Shown here in pieces: positions 27,246 to 38,280 of a stretch of 64,000 nt of DNA. Source of the DNA: Bacteriovoracaceae bacterium (GTDB lineage: Bacteria; Bdellovibrionota; Bacteriovoracia; Bacteriovoracales; Bacteriovoracaceae); NCBI GenBank assembly GCA_018649885.1, contig JABIHA010000011.1, positions 1-64,000 of the forward strand. Reading direction: 5' to 3'. The translations under genes and the position numbers were made by a program. Below the pieces are notes generated by a model that had not been told where the DNA came from, ran no database searches, and saw nothing but the letters and a program-made list of their open reading frames with translations. How positions within the stretch are numbered: the stretch's first letter is position 1; every line of letters begins with the position of its first letter.

Positions 27246-27878
27246 TCAGATCTTCCAGTAGTATTCTGTCACAAACTGTGAAGAAAAGGCAAATGGGATA
27301 TCTTCGGGAAGAGGAAAATCAACAAGAGTTGCTGTTTTTTCGTTTTCACCTTTTGTCTCAATTGTATAACAAGCTGGAACGGCCATAAGTCTTGGGCTTG
27401 TAAGAGCAGTCATATATGGCTGAGTTTTGTAACCTTTTTCAGTCATGCTAATTTTGTCACCTTTTTTCAGTATATAACCTGGAACAGAAACAACTTTACC
27501 ATTAACCATTACATGTCCGTGTCTTACGATTTGTCTGGCAGCTGGAGTACTTGTACAAAAGTTAAGTCTAAAGACAGCGTTGTCGAGTCTTCTTTCTAAG
27601 TTGATAACAAGGGTGTCTACCCATGCTCTACTTTTATCTCTTTTGGCCAATTTAACACACTTAACAAGTTGGTGTTCTCTTACACCGTAATGAAATACGA
27701 TTTTTTGTTTTTCCATTAGACGGATTGTATAGTCAGATAATTTTGATCTTCTTTGTCCATGTTGCCCTGGAGGGTATGGTCTTCTCTCAAGTGCACCTGG
27801 TTTGCCAAGTCCTGGTAGTTCAAGACCAAGTCTTCTTTGAATTTTAAAACGCGCGCGATTTGTTAAGGCCCTCGACAT
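27246..27878 (-). CDS. rpsD: 30S ribosomal protein S4 (stand-alone, non-zinc-ribbon type)
   Basis: PPGQHG, LMEKQK, LERRLDN..FRL, AARQIVRHGHVMVNG, EYY. Confidence 0.95.
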   Translation of the reverse strand: MSRALTNRARFKIQRRLGLELPGLGKPGALERRPYPPGQHGQRRSKLSDYTIRLMEKQKIVFHYGVREHQLVKCVKLAKRDKSRAWVDTLVINLERRLDNAVFRLNFCTSTPAARQIVRHGHVMVNGKVVSVPGYILKKGDKISMTEKGYKTQPYMTALTSPRLMAVPACYTIETKGENEKTATLVDFPLPEDIPFAFSSQFVTEYYWKI

Positions 27879-27985
27879 CTAATTTTTCCTTTTTTCAGCT
27901 TTATATACTTTTAAGATGTGAGAATTTAGCAAAGGATGCCTCAAGTCGTCAATCTTCTTTATAGAGGATATGTGGAATTTGGCCT

Positions 27986-28495
27986 TTATCCCTGCTCGGG
28001 ATCAGCAGGCGCTTTGCGCCTCTCCACAATACGCAATATGGAAGGACCCACATTGAAACCATCGCCTTGTGCGTCAAATTGCATTTTCTGAACCGCTCTT
28101 CCAATGACACGGAAGTGATTTCTAACCTCTACAGCGAGCCTTCCCTCCCCAATTGCCCGCAAGGCCTCGATACCTCCAACGCGTAGTAAATAGATATGAT
28201 GTGTCCCATTGAAGCTGTGATAGGTAAGCTTTTCACCTGCTTTTATGGACTTAACATCACCATAATCATTGGCGTGGTCCTTATCCAGAATTTCATAAAG
28301 GAGGACTTGGGCCTGAAACTCTCCGCCCTTTGGAGTGTAGGTATAAAAATAAATTGATAGCTCTTTGGCCTGAACCTTTGAAGTGACCAGCACATCAACG
28401 GCGCCAAAGGCCTGGGAAACTGTCAGCCAAAGGAAAAAAATAATTTTTGGCAATGCGCCAATTTTATTTAAGCTCATAAATAATTTTCGAAACAC
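27986..28495 (-). CDS. Hypothetical exported beta-rich protein
   Basis: Signal-like segment ending AFG; similar to neighbour 28464..28895; start may be internal. Confidence 0.55.
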   Translation of the reverse strand: MFRKLFMSLNKIGALPKIIFFLWLTVSQAFGAVDVLVTSKVQAKELSIYFYTYTPKGGEFQAQVLLYEILDKDHANDYGDVKSIKAGEKLTYHSFNGTHHIYLLRVGGIEALRAIGEGRLAVEVRNHFRVIGRAVQKMQFDAQGDGFNVGPSILRIVERRKAPADPEQG

Positions 28496-28895
28496 TAAAT
28501 CGCTCCGAAGGCCCCTTATTGTATCGACTCAGTGGAGTTTTGATTGATTCATACTCCTCCGAGGTATTTTTTACGTAAACACCCAACTTAAAATCGTATA
28601 GACCCTTCCAGTCTTTCACTTTACTCAGATAGACATGAAAAATGTGATAAGGCCCAGAACGTCCATGGTACTCAGGCTTTTGCTTATACCTATGGAGGAG
28701 AATTGCCCCTTCCTGAGTACCATCAGGGCTAGCGTAAACATGGGCCTTAAATCCTGGGAAAAATTTCGGCCAAACATGAAAAACAAGTGTGATGAAGTCA
28801 CCATCCCGCTCAGCTATTTTTGAAACCTTAAGTCCCGCCCAACTTTGTGGGGAGAACAAACAGAGAAATAAGACCACTATTAATATTTTTATCAT
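28464..28895 (-). CDS. Hypothetical exported beta-rich protein
   Basis: Signal peptide ending SWA; co-oriented with flanking genes. Confidence 0.6.
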   Translation of the reverse strand: MIKILIVVLFLCLFSPQSWAGLKVSKIAERDGDFITLVFHVWPKFFPGFKAHVYASPDGTQEGAILLHRYKQKPEYHGRSGPYHIFHVYLSKVKDWKGLYDFKLGVYVKNTSEEYESIKTPLSRYNKGPSERFSVSKIIYELK

Positions 28896-28899
28896 ATAA

Positions 28900-31347
28900 C
28901 TAGTCTAGCATAACAAAGGCTTGGTCTTGTGAGCCATCACAAGATTTATGCCTGGTTGAGAAAAATCTCTTATTGTCTTCTGTATGTCCTGAACTTTTAA
29001 ACTCAAGACACTTTCCGTTATTTTTATTAATGACTTCCACTTTATCTGCACTTTTATCGACAAAAGCAAAGAGCTGATCATCATCACCATCACAGCGTTT
29101 GAATTTAACCCTACCAAAGCTTGAAAATGTCATACATTTATTTGCATCATTAACAATTTTCAAATATCCTTCGTCACCCTCTCCTGTTGAAAATATTTGG
29201 TCCTTTGTGTTCTTACAAAGTGAGTGATAGGCCTTTTCACTTTTGTGACCTGGCTGTACAAAGCATGTTTTAAACCCCCGGCTTTTAAGAACAAATGATC
29301 CCCTGGGAATAGGAGCATTTTTCTGTCTCTCTCTTGGAAATAATTCAAGGTGATCAAGCATCACTCCATCGGGCAGAATAACTTCATAGACTAACTTATT
29401 TGGGGTGATGGTAAGAAGTTGCACATGGTGCTTATTAGTAACGTATCCAGGAGATTGAAGATACCACTCACCTTTTTTCTTTTCTGGGTCTCTCATAGGT
29501 ACACCAAGGCCACCTTCTCCCACATAAACCGTTCCCGTTATATCTTCTCTTCCATTTTTTATGGGTACTGTTCTCTTAAGCATGTGCCCATCAGATTCAA
29601 AAACTAAATCAAGGCCGTACTGATCGAAAATTGGAACCCAGGCAGTAAGTGATTTGCCAGGCGTTTTATAAGCTGGATAGGCGGGACGATGGTAATTACC
29701 AAGAATCCATGTTTTATGTTCTTTTAACTCATTTAGCTGACTTTCAAGCCAACTGAGCTGCTTTCCAGTATGTGAAATTTCTGTATTTAAAGTTACAATC
29801 GCCAAGTCCCCTATATGGGTTGTAAAATAATTCTCGCCGTCACCAGGAGAAGCAAATATGTCATTAAACATGGCCTTTATTATTTCGTGATTTCCTCTTG
29901 TAGGAATAATTGGCAGAACTCGACCATCATCTCTTACGGTAAGCTGGTGGTCATCCAACCACTGCTTCCACAACTTATAACTCCCCCCATTTTCTACATA
30001 ATCACCACCATGAACTAGAGCGTAAATACTGTCATCGGCTTCGAAGAGCTGCTTAAGAAGCTTATTCATAGTCTGTCTTTGTTTTCTATCTGAGCGACTG
30101 TCTCCGCCGAAGAAAAGCTTCGCCTCTTTAAAAGACTTAGGAATAGTAGTGAAGTAGTATTCCTTTGACTGAACTCCATCCGCCACGATTGTAAAATAAT
30201 AATTTGTTTTGGGTTTAAGCTTACCAAGGTGTTTATAGTGATGCCTTTCTCTTGAGAAAAAGTAGTTACCAGAATTATTAAAATTAACCTTGTGCTTATA
30301 GGCACTCAATTGGCCACTTCTTTTAACGGTATCGTAGTAGAGAACCTTTTTTTCCAGCTTTCTAGTACTAGAGAACATAATTTTTGCGTTACTAGCAGGC
30401 CTTTTTCCAAACACAACCCTAATATGCTTTAGATTATCGTGGTAATCCTGGCCATAGGCCGTAAAGCTCATGCCAATTAACAATAAACCTAGAAATGTTA
30501 GCCGTGCAGGCAATAAAAAACGCGTTTTAAGACTCATTTTGCTCTCCCCTCTCTCTTGTCCTATCAACTGATTAATTTTTTCGAATGATTTAATATTGAA
30601 TGCTAAAAATACAGGTACACCTACATGAAATGCCCGAAGTAGAAACTCGATCCCACCATAGTAAGCTCCAAGAGTTGGCACTCTTGAAAATGCAGTGATT
30701 CCTCCCCAAAATGACATCCAAAGAAGAATCTCTCTTTGCGGCCGAACCAAGGTTATAGCGCCGACTAAAATATCCATCGCACCTATAGCAAAGAGCATTC
30801 CAGAGACTTCACTCTCCGACATAAACATATTTAAATATTGAATTTGAAAATTGAGAATTAAATCCATAAATTGTGGATGTGAGGCGATCGCCTCAGCGCC
30901 ATGGGTAATGAATGTGATTCCTATTCCCCATCTGAGTAATGTAAATCCAAATTTTTTATTTTTTAAATTCTCACCAATTAAAAAAACGATAGCAAGAGGC
31001 GCAAGCCATCTCACTGCATGGGCCCAAATAGTATATTGGGCCATGAACTCACCTCCATTATAGGAGCTAAGAAGTGCATGGGTAAAAAGAAAAACGGAAA
31101 TGATGATAGCAAAGATTTTGTTTTGCCTAATAAGAAAACAAAAGGAAAACAGACCCAGTAGAAGGCTCAAAATCTTATCAATCTGAATGGAGCTGGGATC
31201 TGAGATTCTGATTGTTAAAAAAAGAAAACTTCCAATAGAGCTTCCGTTAAAATATGTTTTGTAACTTAAACAAAGAGCCGCAAGACCAACGGTCCAAACG
31301 AACAAATAATGCAATCGAATTTTAAATGCTGAAGTTTCCTCACCCAT
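28900..31347 (-). CDS. Membrane domain fused to purple-acid-phosphatase-type metallophosphoesterase and ricin-B lectin-like domain
   Basis: About 7 TM segments in first 250 aa; FN3-like segment; GDSR, HGGDYV, RGNHE, YHRP, DGH; C-terminal Cys/QxF repeats. Confidence 0.85.
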   Translation of the reverse strand: MGEETSAFKIRLHYLFVWTVGLAALCLSYKTYFNGSSIGSFLFLTIRISDPSSIQIDKILSLLLGLFSFCFLIRQNKIFAIIISVFLFTHALLSSYNGGEFMAQYTIWAHAVRWLAPLAIVFLIGENLKNKKFGFTLLRWGIGITFITHGAEAIASHPQFMDLILNFQIQYLNMFMSESEVSGMLFAIGAMDILVGAITLVRPQREILLWMSFWGGITAFSRVPTLGAYYGGIEFLLRAFHVGVPVFLAFNIKSFEKINQLIGQERGESKMSLKTRFLLPARLTFLGLLLIGMSFTAYGQDYHDNLKHIRVVFGKRPASNAKIMFSSTRKLEKKVLYYDTVKRSGQLSAYKHKVNFNNSGNYFFSRERHHYKHLGKLKPKTNYYFTIVADGVQSKEYYFTTIPKSFKEAKLFFGGDSRSDRKQRQTMNKLLKQLFEADDSIYALVHGGDYVENGGSYKLWKQWLDDHQLTVRDDGRVLPIIPTRGNHEIIKAMFNDIFASPGDGENYFTTHIGDLAIVTLNTEISHTGKQLSWLESQLNELKEHKTWILGNYHRPAYPAYKTPGKSLTAWVPIFDQYGLDLVFESDGHMLKRTVPIKNGREDITGTVYVGEGGLGVPMRDPEKKKGEWYLQSPGYVTNKHHVQLLTITPNKLVYEVILPDGVMLDHLELFPRERQKNAPIPRGSFVLKSRGFKTCFVQPGHKSEKAYHSLCKNTKDQIFSTGEGDEGYLKIVNDANKCMTFSSFGRVKFKRCDGDDDQLFAFVDKSADKVEVINKNNGKCLEFKSSGHTEDNKRFFSTRHKSCDGSQDQAFVMLD

Positions 31348-31499
31348 AATCTCATCCTCACGTTGTCAATGACCCGTCTAGCAAAGGTATCGGAGTGATT
31401 TGGCGAGATTGAAAATGCCCCGTAGATTATTAGGAGGGGGGAAAATACTACCCTTTATTACCCACACTGGGGCACATGGGTAATCATTGGTAAATGATT

Positions 31500-32222
31500 T
31501 TAATAGAGCAGAGACTCCCCTCCATCGAGGGGTAAGCAAATGCCTGTAAGAAGGGGTTCGTGGGCAAGTAGAGATAAAATTCTTGCTATGTCACTAGGTG
31601 TTCCAACTTTTTCCATTGGAGTGTTTCGCTTTAGCGTGGCCAGGTCTTCGCTGGGACCATTATAGCTCGGAGCTAGTATGGGACCGAGACAAAGTCCATG
31701 AACTCTAAATTTTGGAGCAAGCTCTCTGGCCAGCATTTTAGTGAGTTGGTGCAAACTTTTCTTAGAAAGGTTGTAGATAAAAAAATCAGTGTCGTTTCTA
31801 AATACACGAGTGTCGAGCATATTAATAATGACACCAGAGTCGGCCTTCTTTACAAAACTTTGGGTGAGGAAAAAAGGGGCCTTAAAATTGATTCCAAACT
31901 GATCGTCAAAATCCTTTTCTGTGGTTTGTAAAAAATCACACGGCTCAAAGCTTGAAGCATTGTTCACAAGAATTGATAGAGTTTTAAACTCTGAAAAGAC
32001 ATTTTCTATTAGCTTAGAGCGCTGGGAATGTGAGTTAAGATCAGCACGAAAGATCTCACATTTTCTTCCCATTTTGGAAATTTCATCTCTCAACTCTTCC
32101 GCACTACTAAGCGAATTATTGTAATGTAAGGCCAAGTTGTGGCCATCTTTTGCCAGTTTAAGCGCGATTTCACGGCCTATTCGCCTACTGGCGCCAGTAA
32201 CGAGTGCTGCAGATGCTTCCAT
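31500..32222 (-). CDS. Short-chain dehydrogenase, pteridine reductase (FolM/PTR1-like)
   Basis: TGASRRIG, LHYNNS, NNASSF, YxxSK, DGG. Confidence 0.85.
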   Translation of the reverse strand: MEASAALVTGASRRIGREIALKLAKDGHNLALHYNNSLSSAEELRDEISKMGRKCEIFRADLNSHSQRSKLIENVFSEFKTLSILVNNASSFEPCDFLQTTEKDFDDQFGINFKAPFFLTQSFVKKADSGVIINMLDTRVFRNDTDFFIYNLSKKSLHQLTKMLARELAPKFRVHGLCLGPILAPSYNGPSEDLATLKRNTPMEKVGTPSDIARILSLLAHEPLLTGICLPLDGGESLLY

Positions 32223-32264
32223 TCAAATCCCCTTCACAAGCTAATAACCATCAATAGTTCTCGG

Positions 32265-32369
32265 TATACTGAAATGCTTTAGGCTTTCCAGTGGCGTATG
32301 GATCAAAGGAGTGTGCTGCACGCCTTCCTCATCATCCACTCACTGGAAAACCTAAGTCACTTCAGTATA
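32265..32369. mobile_element. ~105-bp MITE-like hairpin repeat, copy 2
   Basis: TATACTGA...TCAGTATA termini; 29-bp arms with 4 mismatches; core GTGGCGTAT...GGAGTGTGCTGCACGCCTTCCTC..CATCCACTCAC shared with copy 1. Confidence 0.78.
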
Positions 32370-32474
32370 AACGGCCACAAACTAGAGGAAAATGTCGAAA
32401 TTTCGCTTTGTTTGTTTGCAAAGAACTGCTTCAAATCATATAATCGCTTAATAGTTTCAAGGCATGAATGTTAA

Positions 32475-35400
32475 ATGGCAAATAAAACTGAAGTCGAACG
32501 CGACTTATTAAATATAGTAAACTCAAGAATCCTCTTTCTCGATGGCGCCATGGGCACCATGATTCAAAGGTATAAACTTGAGGAAGAAGACTTTAGATCT
32601 GAGAGATTTAAAGACCACCCAAAAGATCTTAAAGGCAATAACGACTTACTTAGTTTAACTAGACCTGAGATTATCCGTGAAATTCATCTTGAGTATTTAA
32701 AAGCTGGTGCAGACATCGTAGAAACCAATACCTTTAGTGGTACCAAGGTGGCCCAATCTGACTATGGCATGGAAGACTATGCATACGAGATTAACCTAGA
32801 ATCTGCAAAAATTGCAAAGCTTGCATGCGCTGATATGATGAAGCTCGATCCCAGCAGAAAATGTTTTGTTGCAGGTGCTCTAGGGCCTACCAATAAAACA
32901 GCTTCGATTTCTCCAGACGTCAATGATCCTGGATACCGCGCCATAGACTTTGATGGGCTTGTGGAAAATTACTATCAGCAGGCAAAGGCACTTGTAGAGG
33001 GAGGCGCAGACATATTGCTTCCAGAGACTACCTTTGACACCCTCAATATAAAGTCAGCTATTTTTGCCATTGAAAAACTATTTACTGAACTTGGCACTCG
33101 TCTTCCTGTCATGCTCTCAGTCACTATTACTGATGCTTCGGGAAGAACTCTTTCAGGCCAAACAATTGAAGCCTTTTGGGCCTCAGTCAAACACGCCAGA
33201 CCATTTAGCGTAGGAATCAATTGTGCTTTAGGAGCAAGGGAGATGCGTCCTTATGTGGAGGCCATTGGAAAACTCGCCGATTGTTATATCAGTTGTTACC
33301 CCAACGCAGGGCTACCCAACCCACTTAGCGAAACAGGTTATGATGAAGCGCCTAATACGACCTCAAAAATTTTAGCAGAGTTTGCAGATAGCGGACTGGT
33401 TAATATTGTAGGTGGGTGCTGTGGAACTACACCTGAGCATATTACTGCCATAAAAAATAAATTATTTGATAAAACCCCCAGAAAATTAACCTCACCTCCC
33501 AAGGGAACCATATTAAGTGGTCTTGAGCCTCTATTTATTCCCCAGACTGGCACCAGGCCCTTTTACATGGTTGGTGAGAGAACCAATGTCATGGGTTCTT
33601 TAAAGTTTAAAAAACTCATTGTTAATGAAGAATTTGAAAAGGCCTTATCTATTGCCAGACAGCAAGTAGAAAATGGGGCCAATATCATAGATATAAACTT
33701 TGATGAAGGTTTGCTTGACTCAGTCGCCTGCATGAAAAGGTTCTTAAACCTTGTGGCAGCTGAACCAGATATTTGCAAAGTCCCCATTATGATCGATAGC
33801 TCTAAGTGGGAAGTCATTGAAGAGGGCCTCAAGTGCATCCAAGGCAAGGGAATCGTCAACTCAATCAGCCTAAAAGAGGGTGAGGAAGTTTTTATAAGTC
33901 ATGCCAAGAAGATCATGACTTACGGCGCCTCTGTAGTTGTTATGGCCTTTGATGAAGAGGGGCAAGCCGCTACTAAAGATGACAAGGTCAGAATTTGCCG
34001 AAGGGCCTATGATATTCTCACTAAAAAAGTGGGAATGGATCCAAGCGATATTATCTTTGACGCCAATATCCTTACGGTCGCCACAGGGATGGAAGAGCAT
34101 AACAACTATGCAGTCGATTTTATTGAGGCCATCACTGAAATAAAAGCTGCCTGCCCCGGAGTTCTTACAAGTGGAGGGATATCAAATGTCTCTTTTTCTT
34201 TTAGAGGAAATAATATTGTAAGGGAGGCCATGCACTCTGCCTTTTTGTACCATGCCATTAAAGCAGGTCTCGACATGGGAATTGTCAACGCGGGAATGCT
34301 GGCAGTATATGAAGATGTAGAGCCAGCTCTACTTGAAAAAGTTGAAGCCGTTCTCCTCAACAAATCAGATGACGCCACGGAAATTCTAATCGAAGAAGCA
34401 GAAAAACTCAAAGGTGTTAAGACAGAGAAAAAAGCGATTGATTTAAGCTGGCGCGAAACTACAGTTGAAAAACGAATCTCGCATGCACTAGTAAAGGGTA
34501 ATACAGACTTTATTGTAGAAGATACTGAGGAAGCCCGGCTTAAATATGACAAACCTCTCGATGTCATTGAAGGTCCATTAATGGACGGCATGAAAATTGT
34601 GGGCGATTTATTTGGGGCAGGAAAAATGTTTCTCCCCCAAGTTGTCAAATCAGCACGAGTGATGAAGGCCTCAGTGGCACATCTAAACCCATATATGGAA
34701 GACGATCAAAAAACGAGCATGTCTAAACAAGGAACCATAGTTCTAGCAACTGTAAAAGGCGATGTTCACGATATTGGAAAAAATATTGTCTCTGTAGTCC
34801 TTTCTTGTAATGGCTATGAGGTCCATGATTTAGGTGTCATGGTCTCAAATGACAAAATCCTTAAAAAGGCCCAGGAAGTTGATGCTGATATCATCGGACT
34901 GAGCGGGCTTATTACTCCCTCGCTAGATGAAATGATTACCAATGCAAAAGAAATGACCAGACTTGGTTTTACCTGTGACCTTTTGGTAGGAGGGGCCACT
35001 ACGAGTAAGGCCCACACGGCGATCAAGATAGCTCCTGAATATAGCGGTGCAACTGTTCAAGTGGGCGATGCCTCACTCGTTGTAGGAGTCACCTCAGGTC
35101 TTCTCAAGGAAGCTAATCGGGCTGCTTACTTGAGAGAGCTAGAACAAAAGCATCAAAGAGCAAGGGATCTTCATTTCCAATCAAAAAATAGGGCCTCGAA
35201 GCAAATTTCTATTGAACAGGCCAGAGAGAGAAAACCTGCACTTAAGTATCAGCATATCGAAAAACCTAAAACTTTAGGAATCAAAGTCTACGAGGACTTT
35301 GATTTGAAAGAACTTGCAAACTATATTGATTGGTCACCATTTTTTTGGACTTGGGAGCTCAAAGGCACTTACCCTAAAATACTTGAAAGCCCAAAATATG

Positions 35401-36173
35401 GCCTCCAAGCAAAAGAAATATTTCAAGATGCCCAGAAATTATTGAGTCAGATTATTGATCAAGGTCTTTTCACCCCAAAAGCTGTGGCAGGATTATTTTA
35501 CGCCAACTCTGTTGGAGATGATGTTCAAATATTCGCAGATGAGAAAAGAAGTGAAGTTTTAAAAACTTTCAAATTTCTTCGCCAACAATTTCCCAAAGAA
35601 GAAGACTCTGATTGTCACTGCTTGTCTGACTTTATTGCCCCCAAAGACCAATCTATTGCCGATTATATGGGCTCCTTTGCTGTCACTATGAGTGATAGTG
35701 TAGAGAAATTTGCAAAAACCTTCGAAGAAAAAGGTGATGACTATAATTCCATTATGGTTAAATCCCTGGGTGACAGAATGGCCGAAGCGTTAGCTGAGTA
35801 TATGCATCTACTTGTGAGAAAAGATTGGGGATTTGGAGTTGATGAAAACCTAGAGATCTCTCAACTGCTCAAAGAGAAATACCGCGGAATTAGACCTGCT
35901 CCTGGCTATCCAGCATGTCCTGACCATACAGAAAAATCTGTTATTTGGGAGCTTCTCGATGTCAAAAAGAGGATTGGTGTAGAGATCACTGAAAACTTTG
36001 CCATGTATCCACCAAGCTCAGTATCAGGCTACTATTTTGCCCATCCTGAAACGTCCTATTTCGGATTAGGCAAAATTGCAAAAGATCAAATTGAAGATTA
36101 TTCAAAAAGAAAAGATATGGATCCTAAGATAATCGAAAAATGGTTGGCGCCATCCCTAGCATACGATCCATGA
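32475..36173 (+). CDS. metH: Cobalamin-dependent methionine synthase
   Basis: [30 protein letters not shown]12 motif, [12 protein letters not shown]; 1232 aa. Confidence 0.98.
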   Translation: MANKTEVERDLLNIVNSRILFLDGAMGTMIQRYKLEEEDFRSERFKDHPKDLKGNNDLLSLTRPEIIREIHLEYLKAGADIVETNTFSGTKVAQSDYGMEDYAYEINLESAKIAKLACADMMKLDPSRKCFVAGALGPTNKTASISPDVNDPGYRAIDFDGLVENYYQQAKALVEGGADILLPETTFDTLNIKSAIFAIEKLFTELGTRLPVMLSVTITDASGRTLSGQTIEAFWASVKHARPFSVGINCALGAREMRPYVEAIGKLADCYISCYPNAGLPNPLSETGYDEAPNTTSKILAEFADSGLVNIVGGCCGTTPEHITAIKNKLFDKTPRKLTSPPKGTILSGLEPLFIPQTGTRPFYMVGERTNVMGSLKFKKLIVNEEFEKALSIARQQVENGANIIDINFDEGLLDSVACMKRFLNLVAAEPDICKVPIMIDSSKWEVIEEGLKCIQGKGIVNSISLKEGEEVFISHAKKIMTYGASVVVMAFDEEGQAATKDDKVRICRRAYDILTKKVGMDPSDIIFDANILTVATGMEEHNNYAVDFIEAITEIKAACPGVLTSGGISNVSFSFRGNNIVREAMHSAFLYHAIKAGLDMGIVNAGMLAVYEDVEPALLEKVEAVLLNKSDDATEILIEEAEKLKGVKTEKKAIDLSWRETTVEKRISHALVKGNTDFIVEDTEEARLKYDKPLDVIEGPLMDGMKIVGDLFGAGKMFLPQVVKSARVMKASVAHLNPYMEDDQKTSMSKQGTIVLATVKGDVHDIGKNIVSVVLSCNGYEVHDLGVMVSNDKILKKAQEVDADIIGLSGLITPSLDEMITNAKEMTRLGFTCDLLVGGATTSKAHTAIKIAPEYSGATVQVGDASLVVGVTSGLLKEANRAAYLRELEQKHQRARDLHFQSKNRASKQISIEQARERKPALKYQHIEKPKTLGIKVYEDFDLKELANYIDWSPFFWTWELKGTYPKILESPKYGLQAKEIFQDAQKLLSQIIDQGLFTPKAVAGLFYANSVGDDVQIFADEKRSEVLKTFKFLRQQFPKEEDSDCHCLSDFIAPKDQSIADYMGSFAVTMSDSVEKFAKTFEEKGDDYNSIMVKSLGDRMAEALAEYMHLLVRKDWGFGVDENLEISQLLKEKYRGIRPAPGYPACPDHTEKSVIWELLDVKKRIGVEITENFAMYPPSSVSGYYFAHPETSYFGLGKIAKDQIEDYSKRKDMDPKIIEKWLAPSLAYDP

Positions 36174-37454
36174 CTACTCTTCTAATTTAATCACTTTAAT
36201 TAAATCAAATCTTGCAGTAGCACCGCTTTCTTTACCTGAAAGGCCCATTTTTTTGTTATCTATAACTGACTTACTTAAAAATTCTGACTTTATAAATAAA
36301 TCCTCTAGCGGGATTTTAAATTTAGCATACTCTTCGTTAGACCAGCAATGCTCACCTTTTTTCTTCTTTCCTTTTCTGGCATTACAAATTTCTGATTCCC
36401 AATTTTCTTCCATTAAAAAAATCGTTAAATCATAACCTTTTGGATCACCACTTGGATGAACACGGTTGTGAATCCCATGGAATGCAAAATTCATATCTTG
36501 ACCAGTAAAGCTCAGATATTTATTAACATTATGCTTGTCTTTTGTCCTTTTAAGAACAGTTGGTAAATATTCAAAAGACTTCATTTTCTCACAGACAACA
36601 GGCGCTGTTCTATTACATAACCTAACCTCAAGAAAAAACTCAGGTTTTGGATTAAATATACCTGCTAAACGAATCCTTGATGGACCATCAAAAACAGTTT
36701 CCTTTGCTTTGTAGGACTGTCTTCCTTTTGGGCCATGCCTGTCACCACGATCAATATCAATCCATTTTAAATCAAATAGTGTTTCATCTAGAAAACCAGT
36801 ATTGACTGTGCCTTGAGAAACATACAGCCTATCTTGCAAGCTTGAACTTAGCCCAATCGCTTTAGAGATAATTTTAGTAGCGACTCGGTCTGGAAAATTA
36901 TTCTCAGGCTCACTATCGTTTTCATCTTTGATTCCAAAATGGTGGACAGCTTCATGAAGATAGCTCTTAGTTAAATAGAACACACTCTGGTTTACAGACT
37001 TCATGATATTGACAAAAATTGGACTTTTGGACTTAAGACCAGTCATCATATTTTTTTCAACACCACCAATCATAAAGCTGCGAGATAAGTCATCTTTGTC
37101 ATCTCCTAACTCTTTGTCTGCTATTGAGTAAACTTGATCATCAGCGAAAATAAATTCAGTAGGTGCCAAAAAGGTCTCTGAGTTTTCTAGTTCATATTTT
37201 AATTGTGCTCTATTTGCTCTATACCATGTACAAATTCTGGTATCAATTTCACTCACCTGAGTTTCTGCTGGACATAGATACTGCTCTAGATCACTAGAAC
37301 TTACTAAATCAACAGCTGCAACGGCCAGCTCCTTAGCATCAATCATTTTAAAATGAAGAACATCACTTCCATTTCCCACTTCTCTTTTTCCGGCAAGACA
37401 TAAGCTTGCCACAATAAAAGATAGTGTCAGGGTCAGTATATTAGTTAATTTCAT
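36174..37454 (-). CDS. Secreted protein with HExxH zinc-binding motif
   Basis: Signal peptide then GKREVGNGSD; YLHEAVHHFG; overlaps upstream gene stop. Confidence 0.7.
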   Translation of the reverse strand: MKLTNILTLTLSFIVASLCLAGKREVGNGSDVLHFKMIDAKELAVAAVDLVSSSDLEQYLCPAETQVSEIDTRICTWYRANRAQLKYELENSETFLAPTEFIFADDQVYSIADKELGDDKDDLSRSFMIGGVEKNMMTGLKSKSPIFVNIMKSVNQSVFYLTKSYLHEAVHHFGIKDENDSEPENNFPDRVATKIISKAIGLSSSLQDRLYVSQGTVNTGFLDETLFDLKWIDIDRGDRHGPKGRQSYKAKETVFDGPSRIRLAGIFNPKPEFFLEVRLCNRTAPVVCEKMKSFEYLPTVLKRTKDKHNVNKYLSFTGQDMNFAFHGIHNRVHPSGDPKGYDLTIFLMEENWESEICNARKGKKKKGEHCWSNEEYAKFKIPLEDLFIKSEFLSKSVIDNKKMGLSGKESGATARFDLIKVIKLEE

Positions 37455-38280
37455 TGTGAGTTTCTCCTAGATTAAAAAATTGCGTACCAAGACAATAGAC
37501 CGAATCTTTCACAGGTGATGAGTCAATAATTCTGTAAAGCTCATTATTAAATTTGTGAATAGTCTCTTTAATTTGTCCAATAAGACGAGAATCCATTGCC
37601 ATAATAACAGAAGAATAACTTCTATCATCTACGCTTTGCTCAAATAGAGCTGTTCTGGCCATTTCAATCACTTGTTCGTGAAATGCCTTAATGGCATCGG
37701 ATGGAAAGCCTCCACGTACATAAGAAGAGTCATCAGTGGCCTTTAACTTGCCATTTTCATCCTTAGTCATCAATCCATTTGAGATTAATCTATAAATAGC
37801 GTCATCTGCTTGTCTTTCAGAAATCTTTAAAGATTTTGCAATCCAAGCACTGTCACTTCTAAATTTATCTAAGTAGGTAAGTTCTAAAATCGCAAAGTGA
37901 TACCACTCACTAAGAATTTTAAACTTGTCTATTTCAAGCTGAATATCATTGTCGTCTGATTCATATTTTCTTAGTCGGATTTTGGCCAGCTCGCGATCTG
38001 AAAAATTACGACCGTGCTCAACTTCAACTAGATCACAGAAATGATTGAGCTTTTCTTCGCCAAAGCCTAGCGCTCCACCAATTTTTCTAGCATACTCTAT
38101 TGAAAGGCCACCCTTTGAATTGAATATTTTAGAAATTCTAGATGTAGGGATATCAAGATCTCTTGAAAAGGCCCTCATTGAGTATAAAGAGTTTTTCTTA
38201 ACTCTTTTTTGGAATTCTTTTTTGAGGATATCTCGGTACGATTCACCCTCAAAGACTTTAATTGAAAATGCTTGATCCAT
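37441..38280 (-). CDS. TIGR02147 / DUF4423 family protein with N-terminal HTH
   Basis: YSMRAFSRDLDI..S.ISKIF, LSEWYHFAILEL, IKAFHEQ, VYCLGTQFF. Confidence 0.88.
   Translation of the reverse strand: MDQAFSIKVFEGESYRDILKKEFQKRVKKNSLYSMRAFSRDLDIPTSRISKIFNSKGGLSIEYARKIGGALGFGEEKLNHFCDLVEVEHGRNFSDRELAKIRLRKYESDDNDIQLEIDKFKILSEWYHFAILELTYLDKFRSDSAWIAKSLKISERQADDAIYRLISNGLMTKDENGKLKATDDSSYVRGGFPSDAIKAFHEQVIEMARTALFEQSVDDRSYSSVIMAMDSRLIGQIKETIHKFNNELYRIIDSSPVKDSVYCLGTQFFNLGETHNEIN

Noticed and set aside
31385..31415. sigma28-like promoter before the phosphoesterase fusion
   Set aside because: CCGATA is present but the -35 match and spacing are off by one; too weak to call.
32223..32474. SAM or cobalamin riboswitch upstream of metH
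   Set aside because: No recognisable conserved cores; the structure present is explained by the MITE-like repeat.
34106..34648. 180-aa antisense ORF and the many other short shadow ORFs within metH, xdh, thiolase etc.
   Set aside because: They mirror the codon frame of strongly conserved genes on the other strand and show no motifs.
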